62,651 bases of DNA, from contig JAQSXP010000001.1 of the NCBI GenBank assembly GCA_029256605.1, positions 1 through 62,651 on the forward strand, given 5' to 3'. The translations under genes were made by a program, and so were the position numbers. The notes beneath the pieces were generated by a model. That model was not told the origin of the DNA. It saw only the letters and a program-made list of their open reading frames with translations, and searched no databases. Shown here one piece after another: positions 9,536 through 17,438 of this stretch (positions are counted from its first letter, which is position 1; each line of letters begins with the position of its first letter). This stretch comes from Devosia sp. Lineage in GTDB: Bacteria > Pseudomonadota > Alphaproteobacteria > Rhizobiales > Devosiaceae.

Positions 9536-10439
9536 GTTTGGGGTCCAGGATATCGCGCAGGCCATCGCCGAGCAGGTTAAAGGCGAGGCTGACGAGGAGG
9601 ATGGCCATGCCGGGAATGGCGGTGAGCCACCAAGCGTCGAGCAGATATTGCCGGCCCTGGGCGGCCATGGCGCCCCATTCCGGGGACGGCGGCTGGGCGC
9701 CGAGCCCGAGAAAGCCGAGGCCGGCGGCGGTCAGGATGATGGAGGCCATGTTGAGGGTAAGGCGGATCACTACCGACGGCGCGCAGAGCGGCACGATGTA
9801 GCGGAACATGATGCGCGGCACGCTGGCGCCCTGCAATTCGGCGGCGACGACGAAATCGGCCTTGCGGAAGGTGAGCGTCTCGGCGCGGACCAGGCGCGCC
9901 ACCGGTGGCCAGACCGTCAGCGCGATGGCGATGACCGCGTTCTCGATGCCCGGTCCCAGGGCGGCGGAAAAGGCCAGCGCCAGAACGAGGCTGGGAAACG
10001 CGAGGAAAATGTCGGTGACGCGCATCAGGACTGTATCGATCCAGCCGCCGATATAGCCGGCCGCAGCCCCCACGATAAAACCGATGGGGCCGACGATGAC
10101 AGTGACGAGGATGGCGATATAGAGCGTGGTGCGGGCGCCGTAGACGAGACGCGAATAGACGTCGCGGCCCAATTCGTCGGTGCCGAACCAGTTAGTGGAC
10201 GACGGCGGCAGCAGGGCCCGGGTGAGGTCCTGGGTCAGCGGATTGTGCGTCGCCACGAAGGGCGCGAGCCAGGCGGCCAGCACCAGCAGCACGACGACGA
10301 CGAGGCCGCCCAGGGCCAGAGGGTTCATGCTGAAGCGCAGCCAAGTGACATAGGCCTGGTGGGCGCGCGCCTGCGCCGGCGAGGAGAAGTCGTCGTTTAA
10401 AAGCCAGGCCTTAAAACTCGTCTTGGGCGTTGCACTCAT
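9528..10439 (-). CDS. ABC transporter permease (DppC-like)
   Basis: WFGTDELGRD, PPSPEWG; start MSATPK overlaps the upstream stop. Confidence 0.92.
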   Translation of the reverse strand: MSATPKTSFKAWLLNDDFSSPAQARAHQAYVTWLRFSMNPLALGGLVVVVLLVLAAWLAPFVATHNPLTQDLTRALLPPSSTNWFGTDELGRDVYSRLVYGARTTLYIAILVTVIVGPIGFIVGAAAGYIGGWIDTVLMRVTDIFLAFPSLVLALAFSAALGPGIENAVIAIALTVWPPVARLVRAETLTFRKADFVVAAELQGASVPRIMFRYIVPLCAPSVVIRLTLNMASIILTAAGLGFLGLGAQPPSPEWGAMAAQGRQYLLDAWWLTAIPGMAILLVSLAFNLLGDGLRDILDPKHA

Positions 10440-11503
10440 GAGCGGGTCCTCGGATCGACGAAGCGGTAGACGACGTCGGTCAGGAGATTGATGCAGATGG
10501 AAATGAGGCCGATCAGCAGCACGGCACCGAGAACGGCGTTCATGTCGGCATAGAACAGCGCCGCCGTCAGGTACTGGCCGAGGCCGGGCCAGCCGAAGAC
10601 GGTTTCGATCAGGACCGCACCATCGAGAAGGCCGCAAAACGCCAGGGTGATGACGGTGAGCAGCTGCACGCGGATGTTGCGGAAGGCGTGCTTCCAGACG
10701 ATCGGCCGCTCGCCCAGACCCTTGGCGCGGGCGGTTAGGATATATTCCTGATTGAGTTGCTCGAGCATGAAGCTGCGGCTCATGCGGCTGAGATAAGCCA
10801 TGGCGGCATAGCCCAGCAGCAAGGCGGGCGCGGTGATGTGGTGGACGGCGCTCCAGAACACCTCCCACTCGCCGGCGAGCAGGGCATCGAGGATCAGCAT
10901 GCCGGTGGGGCCGACAACGAGGCCATCGTTGTAGAGGTCGACGCGGCCGCCGCCGGGGATGATCTGCAGGTTGGCGTAAAAGATCAGGATGACCATGGTG
11001 CCCAGCCAGAAGATGGGCGCCGAATAGCCAAGAAGGGCGACGATGCGCCCCAGGTGATCGACCCAGGTGCCGCGCTTGACGGCAGAGATGATGCCGAGCG
11101 GGACGCCCATTACCGTGCCGATGAGGATGGCGAGAATGGCCAGTTCCAACGTTGCGGGGAAGACGCGGGCAAGGTCAGCGGCGACGGAATTGCGCGTGAC
11201 GTTGGACTGGCCGAAGTCGAATTGCAGGATGCTCTGGAGGTAGCTGAAGAACTGCTCGTAAAGCGGGCGATCGAGGCCCAACTCGGCATAGACACGGTCG
11301 TAGGCGACCTGGTCGAAATTGTCGCCCAGGATCGCCAGGACCGGATCGGCAGGGATCATCCTGCCGATGATGAAGGTCAGGAGCAGAAGACCGAATAGCG
11401 TCGTCAGGATGGCGGCGACTGAGGATGCGATCTTGCGGATCGCATCGCCCAGCACGCCGTCATCGTCACGCATGGATGTTTTGGTGAGTTCGGGATTGCT
11501 CAC
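10436..11503 (-). CDS. ABC transporter permease (DppB-like)
   Basis: GLDRPLYEQF, PATLELA, TARAKGL, ETVFGWPGLG. Confidence 0.93.
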   Translation of the reverse strand: MSNPELTKTSMRDDDGVLGDAIRKIASSVAAILTTLFGLLLLTFIIGRMIPADPVLAILGDNFDQVAYDRVYAELGLDRPLYEQFFSYLQSILQFDFGQSNVTRNSVAADLARVFPATLELAILAILIGTVMGVPLGIISAVKRGTWVDHLGRIVALLGYSAPIFWLGTMVILIFYANLQIIPGGGRVDLYNDGLVVGPTGMLILDALLAGEWEVFWSAVHHITAPALLLGYAAMAYLSRMSRSFMLEQLNQEYILTARAKGLGERPIVWKHAFRNIRVQLLTVITLAFCGLLDGAVLIETVFGWPGLGQYLTAALFYADMNAVLGAVLLIGLISICINLLTDVVYRFVDPRTRS

Positions 11504-11527
11504 GTCGGTCTCCTGACCCTTATGGCC

Positions 11528-13120
11528 TTAGCTCTTGGTGACCTTGTCCCAGCGCGTCAGCCAGGCGGGATGGCCGATATAGCCGCTGACCCTCTGGCTC
11601 ACCGCCTTGACGTCGAAGCGCTCGAACGAGCTGATCAGGGCGGGCGAGCTTTCGAGGTAAAGGCGGTTGACCTCGGTATAAAGCTCGGCCCGCGCGGCCG
11701 GGTCGGTTTCCCGTGCCGCGGCAAATACCAGGTCCTGCAGCTCGGCCGGGACATCCCAGGCCGACCGCCAGGCGAGGAGGCCGCTGAGGGGCGCGCCGTC
11801 GCTGTTGTCGATATTGGTGGCATAGGACTGCAGCATGGAGTGCGGATCGGCGAGGCGCTCGCCGCTGCGGCCCATGAAGATATCGAAATTGCGCTCGCGG
11901 AAGCGGCTGAGATAGTCGCCCATTTGCAGATCGAGCTGAATGCCGACAGCGGCCGCATTGGCCTGCAGCGACTGCGCGAACTCGAAATAGGGCGTACCCG
12001 GGCCGATATAGAGCACCTTGGAGAAGCCATCGGCATAGCCGGCTTGGGCCAGAAGTTCCTTGGCCCTGTCGATGTCGAGCTTATAGGGTGCGTCCTCGAT
12101 ATAGCCCGGCATGCCCTGGGGGATGACGTTCTGGTTGAGGTGGCCATAGTAGCGCATCACCGTGGCGGCTAAGCCCTCATAGTCGATGAGGTAGCGGAAG
12201 GCTTCGCGCACCTGGGGATTGGAAAGGATCTCGTCCTTCTGGTTGAGGGCGACATAGTAGAAGCCGAAGCCCTGCACCTTCTGAATATCAATGGTGCCGG
12301 CCTTCTCGAAGACGTCGAGATCGGTCGAGGAGAGACGGGTCGCCACGTCCAGGTCACCGGTTTCGAGCTGGAGGCGCTGCACGGAGGATTCAGGCATGTG
12401 GCGCATGATGACGCGGCGCATGGCCGGGGCGCCGTTCCAGTAATCGGCGAAGACATCGGCCATCATCACGTCGTTGGCGCGCCAGGTGCGCAGCGAGAAC
12501 GGACCGCTGCCGGCATCGGAAGCCTGGAGATAATCGCGGCCCAGGTCGCCATCCTGCTCCTTGTCGGCCAAGAAGGCGCGGTCGACGATGGAGCAGGCAG
12601 AGCTGGCGAGCGACCCCAGGATCAGGCTCGGGCTCCAAGCCTCAGGCAGCTCAACAACCAGAGTGCGGGCGTCGGTAGCGCGAATGAGGCTCTCGACGTT
12701 TTCCTCGTTATAACCCCATTGGCGCAGGTCGATGGCCGGCGCCAGTCCGAGCTTGACCAGGCGCACTAGCGACCAGGCGGCGTCCTCCGCAGTCAGCGGG
12801 TTGCCTGAATGGAAGGTTACACCGTCGCGGATAGTGAAGGTGAAGGTCTTGCCATCGTCGGACACCGCCCAGCTTTCAGCCAGTTGGGGAAGCGGCGCGT
12901 CAAGCCCATCGGGTTCGAAGTAGACCAGGCGATCGTAAAGATTGGCCAAGATTTCCGCCGACTCGATCTGGTTAGCTTCGTGTGGATCAAGGCCGCGCAT
13001 CGAACCCATATTGACCGCGATCACCAGCTGATCCGGCGGGGTGGCCGCAAAGGCGGTGGCCGGCATGGCGGCCACAAGGGCGCTGACGGCGACCCCGGTC
13101 AAAAACTGACGTCTATCCAT
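11528..13120 (-). CDS. ABC transporter substrate-binding protein, family 5 (Tat signal)
   Basis: MDRRQFL twin-arginine signal; PQLAESW...FTIRDGVTFHSG; GSGPF. Confidence 0.93.
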   Translation of the reverse strand: MDRRQFLTGVAVSALVAAMPATAFAATPPDQLVIAVNMGSMRGLDPHEANQIESAEILANLYDRLVYFEPDGLDAPLPQLAESWAVSDDGKTFTFTIRDGVTFHSGNPLTAEDAAWSLVRLVKLGLAPAIDLRQWGYNEENVESLIRATDARTLVVELPEAWSPSLILGSLASSACSIVDRAFLADKEQDGDLGRDYLQASDAGSGPFSLRTWRANDVMMADVFADYWNGAPAMRRVIMRHMPESSVQRLQLETGDLDVATRLSSTDLDVFEKAGTIDIQKVQGFGFYYVALNQKDEILSNPQVREAFRYLIDYEGLAATVMRYYGHLNQNVIPQGMPGYIEDAPYKLDIDRAKELLAQAGYADGFSKVLYIGPGTPYFEFAQSLQANAAAVGIQLDLQMGDYLSRFRERNFDIFMGRSGERLADPHSMLQSYATNIDNSDGAPLSGLLAWRSAWDVPAELQDLVFAAARETDPAARAELYTEVNRLYLESSPALISSFERFDVKAVSQRVSGYIGHPAWLTRWDKVTKS

Positions 13121-13178
13121 ATTTTTTCCTCCCTTGCCATCATTCATCAAATGTCATTTGCAGTCGACACGACGTCAG

Positions 13179-13194
13179 ATCTGGTATATCAGAT
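13179..13194. promoter_or_regulatory. Putative GntR/FadR operator
   Basis: Near-perfect palindrome ATCTGGTATATCAGAT between the divergent SBP and GntR genes. Confidence 0.65.
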
Positions 13195-13232
13195 TTCACA
13201 AGTTGACCTCATCGTCAACCGGAGTTCGCACA

Positions 13233-13928
13233 TTGTTTGATCCACAGCCGGACGAGAAAAACACCGTTCCACCCTTGGGTCCGCTTGCCGTGGCGAGCCT
13301 GCGCGAACACGTCCACCGGGCGTTACGCCAGGCGATTCTGTCGGGGACGTTTGAGGCCGGCTCGCGCATGAACGAGCGCCGGCTCGCCGAGCAGCTGGGG
13401 GTGAGCACGACTCCTGTCAAGGAAGCGCTGCGGCAACTTGAAGCCGATGGCCTCGTCGAAACCAAGCCGCGCAGCGGCGTGATCGTGAAGTTCGACTATG
13501 CTTGGGCCGAAGAGATGATCCTTGCCCGTGCAGCGCTCGAGTCCACCATTGCCCAGCTTGCCGCCCGGCGCATAGTTGACAACGAGCGCGGGGGCCTCGG
13601 GGACATTCTCGAAGAAATGAAAGTGGCAACCCAAGCCGGCGGACCGCAGGAACTCATTGCGCTCAACGAGCAGTTCCACGACCGCATCCACACCATCGCC
13701 CGGACGCAGTATCTGGGGCAGCTGACCGATCGTCAGCAGGTATATGACACCGGCGCTCGCCGGATCATCCATCTCGATCCCGAGGAGCGCCTCAACGCCC
13801 TGCGCGAACATGTGGCGATCGGCGAAGCCATTATCGCCCGCAACGCCCCCGAGGCCGAGGCCCAAATGCGGCAGCATGTGCTGCGGGCGGGGGAAAGTTA
13901 TCTCAAACTCGTTTTTAAGAAAACATAA
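13233..13928 (+). CDS. GntR (FadR/FCD) family regulator
   Basis: ERRLAEQLGVSTTPVKEAL, NEQFHDRI, EHVAI; TTG start after GGAG. Confidence 0.9.
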   Translation: MFDPQPDEKNTVPPLGPLAVASLREHVHRALRQAILSGTFEAGSRMNERRLAEQLGVSTTPVKEALRQLEADGLVETKPRSGVIVKFDYAWAEEMILARAALESTIAQLAARRIVDNERGGLGDILEEMKVATQAGGPQELIALNEQFHDRIHTIARTQYLGQLTDRQQVYDTGARRIIHLDPEERLNALREHVAIGEAIIARNAPEAEAQMRQHVLRAGESYLKLVFKKT

Positions 13929-13939
13929 GGACTAAGATC

Positions 13940-14863
13940 GTGACCGACCGGATGGCATCAGTTCGCGCTGCCTTAAAAGGCATTTCGGGGGTTCCGGTAA
14001 CGCCCTATGGCGCGGACGGAGAGATAAATTTTACCCTCCTCACGACCCTGATCGGACGTCTGGCCGATGCCGGCATCCATAATCTTATGGCCGCGGGCAA
14101 TACGGGCGAATTCTTCTCGCTCTCGCTCGACGAGATCAGGCAGGTGCATGCGACCACGGTGGAAGCCGCAGCCGGTAAGAGCCTGGTCAGCGCCGCTGTC
14201 GGCCGTTCGCTGGTCGAAGCCAAGGCCCTTGCCCGGCAAGCCATCGCAGCCGGCGCGGACGCCATCATGGGGCATCATCCCATGGATCCCTTTGCCAGCC
14301 CCGCCGCCCAGGCCGACTATTTCCTGGCTCTTGCCGACGCCTCGACAGTCCCGGTCATCGCCTATGTGCGCACCGACACGTTCTCGGTCGCCGATTTCCG
14401 ACGGCTGGGCGCGCATGAAAACGTCGCCGGTGTCAAATATGCCTCCACCAATCTCATGCTCCTGGCCGAAGTAATCCGTTCATCGGAAGATCTGCCGGCC
14501 ATTTGGGTCTGCGGCCTTGCCGAGGCATGGGCACCGCCCTTTTACGCGATCGGCGCGCAGGGGTTCACCTCGGGCTTCGTCAATGTTTTCCCCAAGATTT
14601 CGCTGCAGGTCCATGCCGCCTTAACCAAGGGCGACTATGTGGGTGCCCGAAAGCTCATCAATCGCTTTTCAGAGTTTGAGGAATTGAGAACCCACTACCG
14701 CAACGGCTCGAACGTGACGGTAGTAAAAGAGGCGCTCAAGATGATGGGAGAAGACGTCGGCGCGGTGAGGCTACCGGGGGTTCCTGCGCTTTCGGCCAGC
14801 GAACGGTCGGTCCTTGAAGGCATCATCGCTGAGCAGCGAAAGCAGGTCGGTTTAACAGCCTAA
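13940..14863 (+). CDS. DapA/NAL family lyase (KDG dehydratase or aldolase-like)
   Basis: VPVTPY, GNTGEFFSL, VAGVKY Schiff-base lysine. Confidence 0.88.
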   Translation: MTDRMASVRAALKGISGVPVTPYGADGEINFTLLTTLIGRLADAGIHNLMAAGNTGEFFSLSLDEIRQVHATTVEAAAGKSLVSAAVGRSLVEAKALARQAIAAGADAIMGHHPMDPFASPAAQADYFLALADASTVPVIAYVRTDTFSVADFRRLGAHENVAGVKYASTNLMLLAEVIRSSEDLPAIWVCGLAEAWAPPFYAIGAQGFTSGFVNVFPKISLQVHAALTKGDYVGARKLINRFSEFEELRTHYRNGSNVTVVKEALKMMGEDVGAVRLPGVPALSASERSVLEGIIAEQRKQVGLTA

Positions 14864-14912
14864 GTTCAGCAGGAGGTGTGGGGCGTGTTCGAAGAGAAGT
14901 AGCTGACCATGC

Positions 14913-14972
14913 CTGCGAGGCGCCCCATATCGGCCGTCAGACCGCCTCTCCGATTTCCTAAAAGCAGCCGGT
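14913..14972 (+). repeat. Junction repeat copy 3
   Basis: GCGCCCCATATCGGCCGTCAG...TTCCTAAAAGCAGCCGGT. Confidence 0.7.
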
Positions 14973-15286
14973 GATCGACTTCTTCATCGAGTCCATTTCG
15001 ACCCGGAGAGCCTTCAACTCGTCCAGAATTTGGGCGTTGGTCGTTCCACCAAAGTGGCTTCAGCGACCAATTCGACTGTCCCGGCTTCGTCCATAATCTC
15101 GGCCGGGAGGGTGTCGAGGATGGCTTGCTCTTCTTCATCCGTGAATTGCTCGCCATAACGCTCGAAGAGACGCTGCCGGGCATGACTGGTGAAATACGGG
15201 CGCACCTGTGGATTATGCCGCAGTCCGAGACTCTCGGCAAATAGAGCGCGTATATTCGGGACATTGCTTCCGAACCGAGGGCGCGG

Positions 15287-16465
15287 ATGTCATACGACGA
15301 TGAGACGTATTTTTGGGGCCGCAATCCTCACTTCACGTATTACTCAAAACGAATAATCCTCAAGCACCTGGACGACGACCTGCCGCCCAGGAGATTCATG
15401 GCGCGCGTTGTTGAGGGCAAAGGGGGAATTGTCGCCGTGAAAGAGGGTAAGGAAGTCGTCCTGCGCCGCAGCCATGGGGGCCGATACCAGTTTAAGTCGA
15501 CCCTGCATGAGGACGAGCACAAGATCAGCACGTTGACCTTCCAGAAGTGGAACAGCAAGGATATCCCTTATGAAGCCCATACCTTTCCCTTGTACGGGAA
15601 GGAGATCGACGAGCTGCTAACCTTCATCAAAGCCTGCGAGACGATGATATTTGTGGACGAGGACGGTGGCCGAGTTGCCGACCGTACTATGGTCCAATCC
15701 TCTTTCGACAGACGCCAGATGGCCAAGCTCCTCATCGAGGACCCTGAGCTACTGAATGCCGTCCTTGAGACCGAAGTGCAGGCGCAGGAGTTGTATAGCC
15801 TCGCCAAGCGCAAGAAGGAGCTCGACTACTTCAGGTGCATGCTGGACGACACTGAGTTCCGAGAAACCGAGGCATCGAAGCACAATGGCTTGGAAGCTTC
15901 GTGGCAGGCATTCTTCGAGCGCAACACGTGGATATTCGGGTACGGCCTTTCCTATATCGCTATGTCCGGACTGAATGGGCGGGCGCTACGCACGAAGGTC
16001 ACCGGCTACAACACCAGCGGCCGAGGCAAGGAGGTGGACGGCCTCATGAAGACCGTGGCAGCGATCAACTCCCTCTGTTTTGTCGAAATGAAAACCTCCG
16101 ACACCGATTTGGTGAAGTTCTACCGGGACGGCGTTTTCGCTCCCAGCACGGAGTTGGCCGGTGCCGTGTCACAGATACAGGTGACGGTACAGCGGGCGCT
16201 TGAAGAGCTTACGTCGGAGTTCCACCCCGCCGATCTCAAAAGCAGCGACCCCACAGGTGAGACGCTGTTTCAGTTTCAGCCCAGGTCTTTTCTGGTCATC
16301 GGAAATCTTGATGAGTTTCAGACGGAGCACGGCGTCAACAAGGACAAGTTCAGGTCGTTCGAGCTTTTCCGACGCTCACTCAAATGGCCAGAGGTGCTGA
16401 TGTTCGATGAGCTTTATGCCCGAGCCAAGTTTATCGTGGACGATGCCCAGCCACCGACCGAATAG
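15287..16465 (+). CDS. sduA: Shedu anti-phage nuclease (DUF4263)
   Basis: EASWQAFFERNTWIFGY, D...VEMKT PD-(D/E)xK core, YRDGVFAPSTELAGAVSQ, FELFRRSL, FDEL. Confidence 0.88.
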   Translation: MSYDDETYFWGRNPHFTYYSKRIILKHLDDDLPPRRFMARVVEGKGGIVAVKEGKEVVLRRSHGGRYQFKSTLHEDEHKISTLTFQKWNSKDIPYEAHTFPLYGKEIDELLTFIKACETMIFVDEDGGRVADRTMVQSSFDRRQMAKLLIEDPELLNAVLETEVQAQELYSLAKRKKELDYFRCMLDDTEFRETEASKHNGLEASWQAFFERNTWIFGYGLSYIAMSGLNGRALRTKVTGYNTSGRGKEVDGLMKTVAAINSLCFVEMKTSDTDLVKFYRDGVFAPSTELAGAVSQIQVTVQRALEELTSEFHPADLKSSDPTGETLFQFQPRSFLVIGNLDEFQTEHGVNKDKFRSFELFRRSLKWPEVLMFDELYARAKFIVDDAQPPTE

Positions 16466-16495
16466 CGCCGTCCACGGGTCTTAGGTTTATCTAAG

Positions 16496-16603
16496 TCACT
16501 TCAGAACGATCATGAGGATTATCGCGACGATGACCCCCACGAGAACGTCGTAAGCGACGCGCAAAATAAGCGCACGCCCGACGTGGAAAGGCTCATTGTC
16601 CAT
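16496..16603 (-). CDS. 35-aa single-TM peptide, type I toxin-like
   Basis: MDNEPFHVGRALILRVAYDVLVGVIVAIILMIVLK; GGGAGCTGGAG before the ATG; below the ORF-track cutoff. Confidence 0.55.
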   Translation of the reverse strand: MDNEPFHVGRALILRVAYDVLVGVIVAIILMIVLK

Positions 16604-16835
16604 CTCCAGCTCCCATACCTGCGAGCTTGAGGGTGACCTAGCGCTGGTCGATCGACCGGCCACCCCCAAAACTCTGGTGGGCGGGAGGGTTAGTGTCGCT
16701 CATTGGCGGCCAGGCTTGCATCTGCGCGACTGCAAATAAATGAGTACTCCACTGACGGCATTCAAGGGGCCCGCCACACTCAAGATATGAATGGCTTGAC
16801 GGTCAAGACCCATTAAGCCCGCCCTGCGGCCCTAC

Positions 16836-16867
16836 AAAAGAAAACCCCGGCACGACGGCCGGGGCTT
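16836..16867 (-). terminator. Rho-independent terminator of the tRNA-like unit
   Basis: Minus strand CCCCGGC-CGTCGT-GCCGGGG followed by TTTTCTTTT. Confidence 0.85.
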
Positions 16868-16871
16868 CTAA

Positions 16872-16985
16872 TTGTTGCGGGGGAGCGGGCTTGCACCGCT
16901 CTAGGGTCCTCGCTGCCAGGAGAATTAAACCTTAGTCACATTGTGCCGGTGGCATGGCCGCTGTCTTTTCCACTTTGGCCCCGCA
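16872..16985 (-). ncRNA. tRNA-like / tmRNA-TLD-like structured RNA
   Basis: TGCGGGG/CCCCGCA acceptor-like stem followed by ACAA; T arm GAGCGG-TGCAAGC-CCGCTC; unpaired GGAAAAGAC D region; TGCCA/TGGCA helix. Confidence 0.55.
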
Positions 16986-17159
16986 GAACCCCGACAGCAT
17001 TCAAACCGAACTTGGCAACAGACTGTACTGATTTCAGCATAGGCATCTCCTGATTGTTAAACCAGTCAACGCAGAGCCAAAGTATCAACAGCAGCCATGC
17101 CCCGACACTTCCGATAGAAAGTCCAAGACCCACGATGGCAGAACCGTGAATTTCAAGGT

Positions 17160-17195
17160 GAAGGCCGCGCCAAGCTTTCGCTCAACACGGCCCTC
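17160..17195 (-). ncRNA. 16-bp GAAA-capped hairpin within the putative ncRNA
   Basis: GAGGGCCGTGTTGAGC-GAAA-GCTTGGCGCGGCCTTC; fully paired only on the minus strand (5 G-U pairs). Confidence 0.6.
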
Positions 17196-17197
17196 GA

Positions 17198-17271
17198 ATA
17201 TCCCGGGGAGACTCGAACTCCCGACCTCAGGTTTATGAAACCCGTGCTCTATCCAGCTGAGCTACGTGACC
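17198..17271 (-). tRNA. tRNA-like gene with CAT anticodon (Met/Ile2), defective acceptor stem
   Basis: GGTCACG TA GCTC AGCTGGATA GAGC A CGGGT TT CAT AA ACCTG AGGTC GGGAG TTCGAGT CTCCC CGGGATA; mismatches at 1:72 and 5:68; no CCA. Confidence 0.8.
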
Positions 17272-17281
17272 ATCTACGCCT

Positions 17282-17310
17282 AATATGGCATGCCGTGAGG
17301 CCAGAGTCGA
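17282..17310 (-). promoter_or_regulatory. Putative sigma70 promoter for the tRNA-like unit
   Basis: TCGACT-17 nt-CATATT ending 10 nt before the tRNA 5' G. Confidence 0.55.
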
Positions 17311-17438
17311 TAGGTGAGCTAATTATAGCAATAAAATCAAATAATTACCGTCCTTGCGGCCGCAGCCTCCTCAACCACCACCGGCTCTATCGGAGCCACA
17401 TGAGCAGAGTTATGGGCGCCGCGTAGCGCGACGCGCGG

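Noticed and set aside
7837-12172. Long overlapping alternative-frame ORFs (e.g. 7837-8844, 7890-8786, 9534-10400)
   Set aside because: Shadow ORFs of GC-rich ABC genes with no motifs; the same applies throughout the window
16872-16985. Calling this a bona fide tmRNA or tRNA-Sec
   Set aside because: No G3:U70, no tag-coding domain of normal size, no CCA and no UCA anticodon arm
16936-17133. 65-aa ORF (or 36 aa from an AGGAG-preceded ATG) inside the RNA unit
   Set aside because: The GTG start is buried in a hairpin and the ORF overlaps the tRNA-like domain; RNA structure explains the region better, though the short version cannot be excluded
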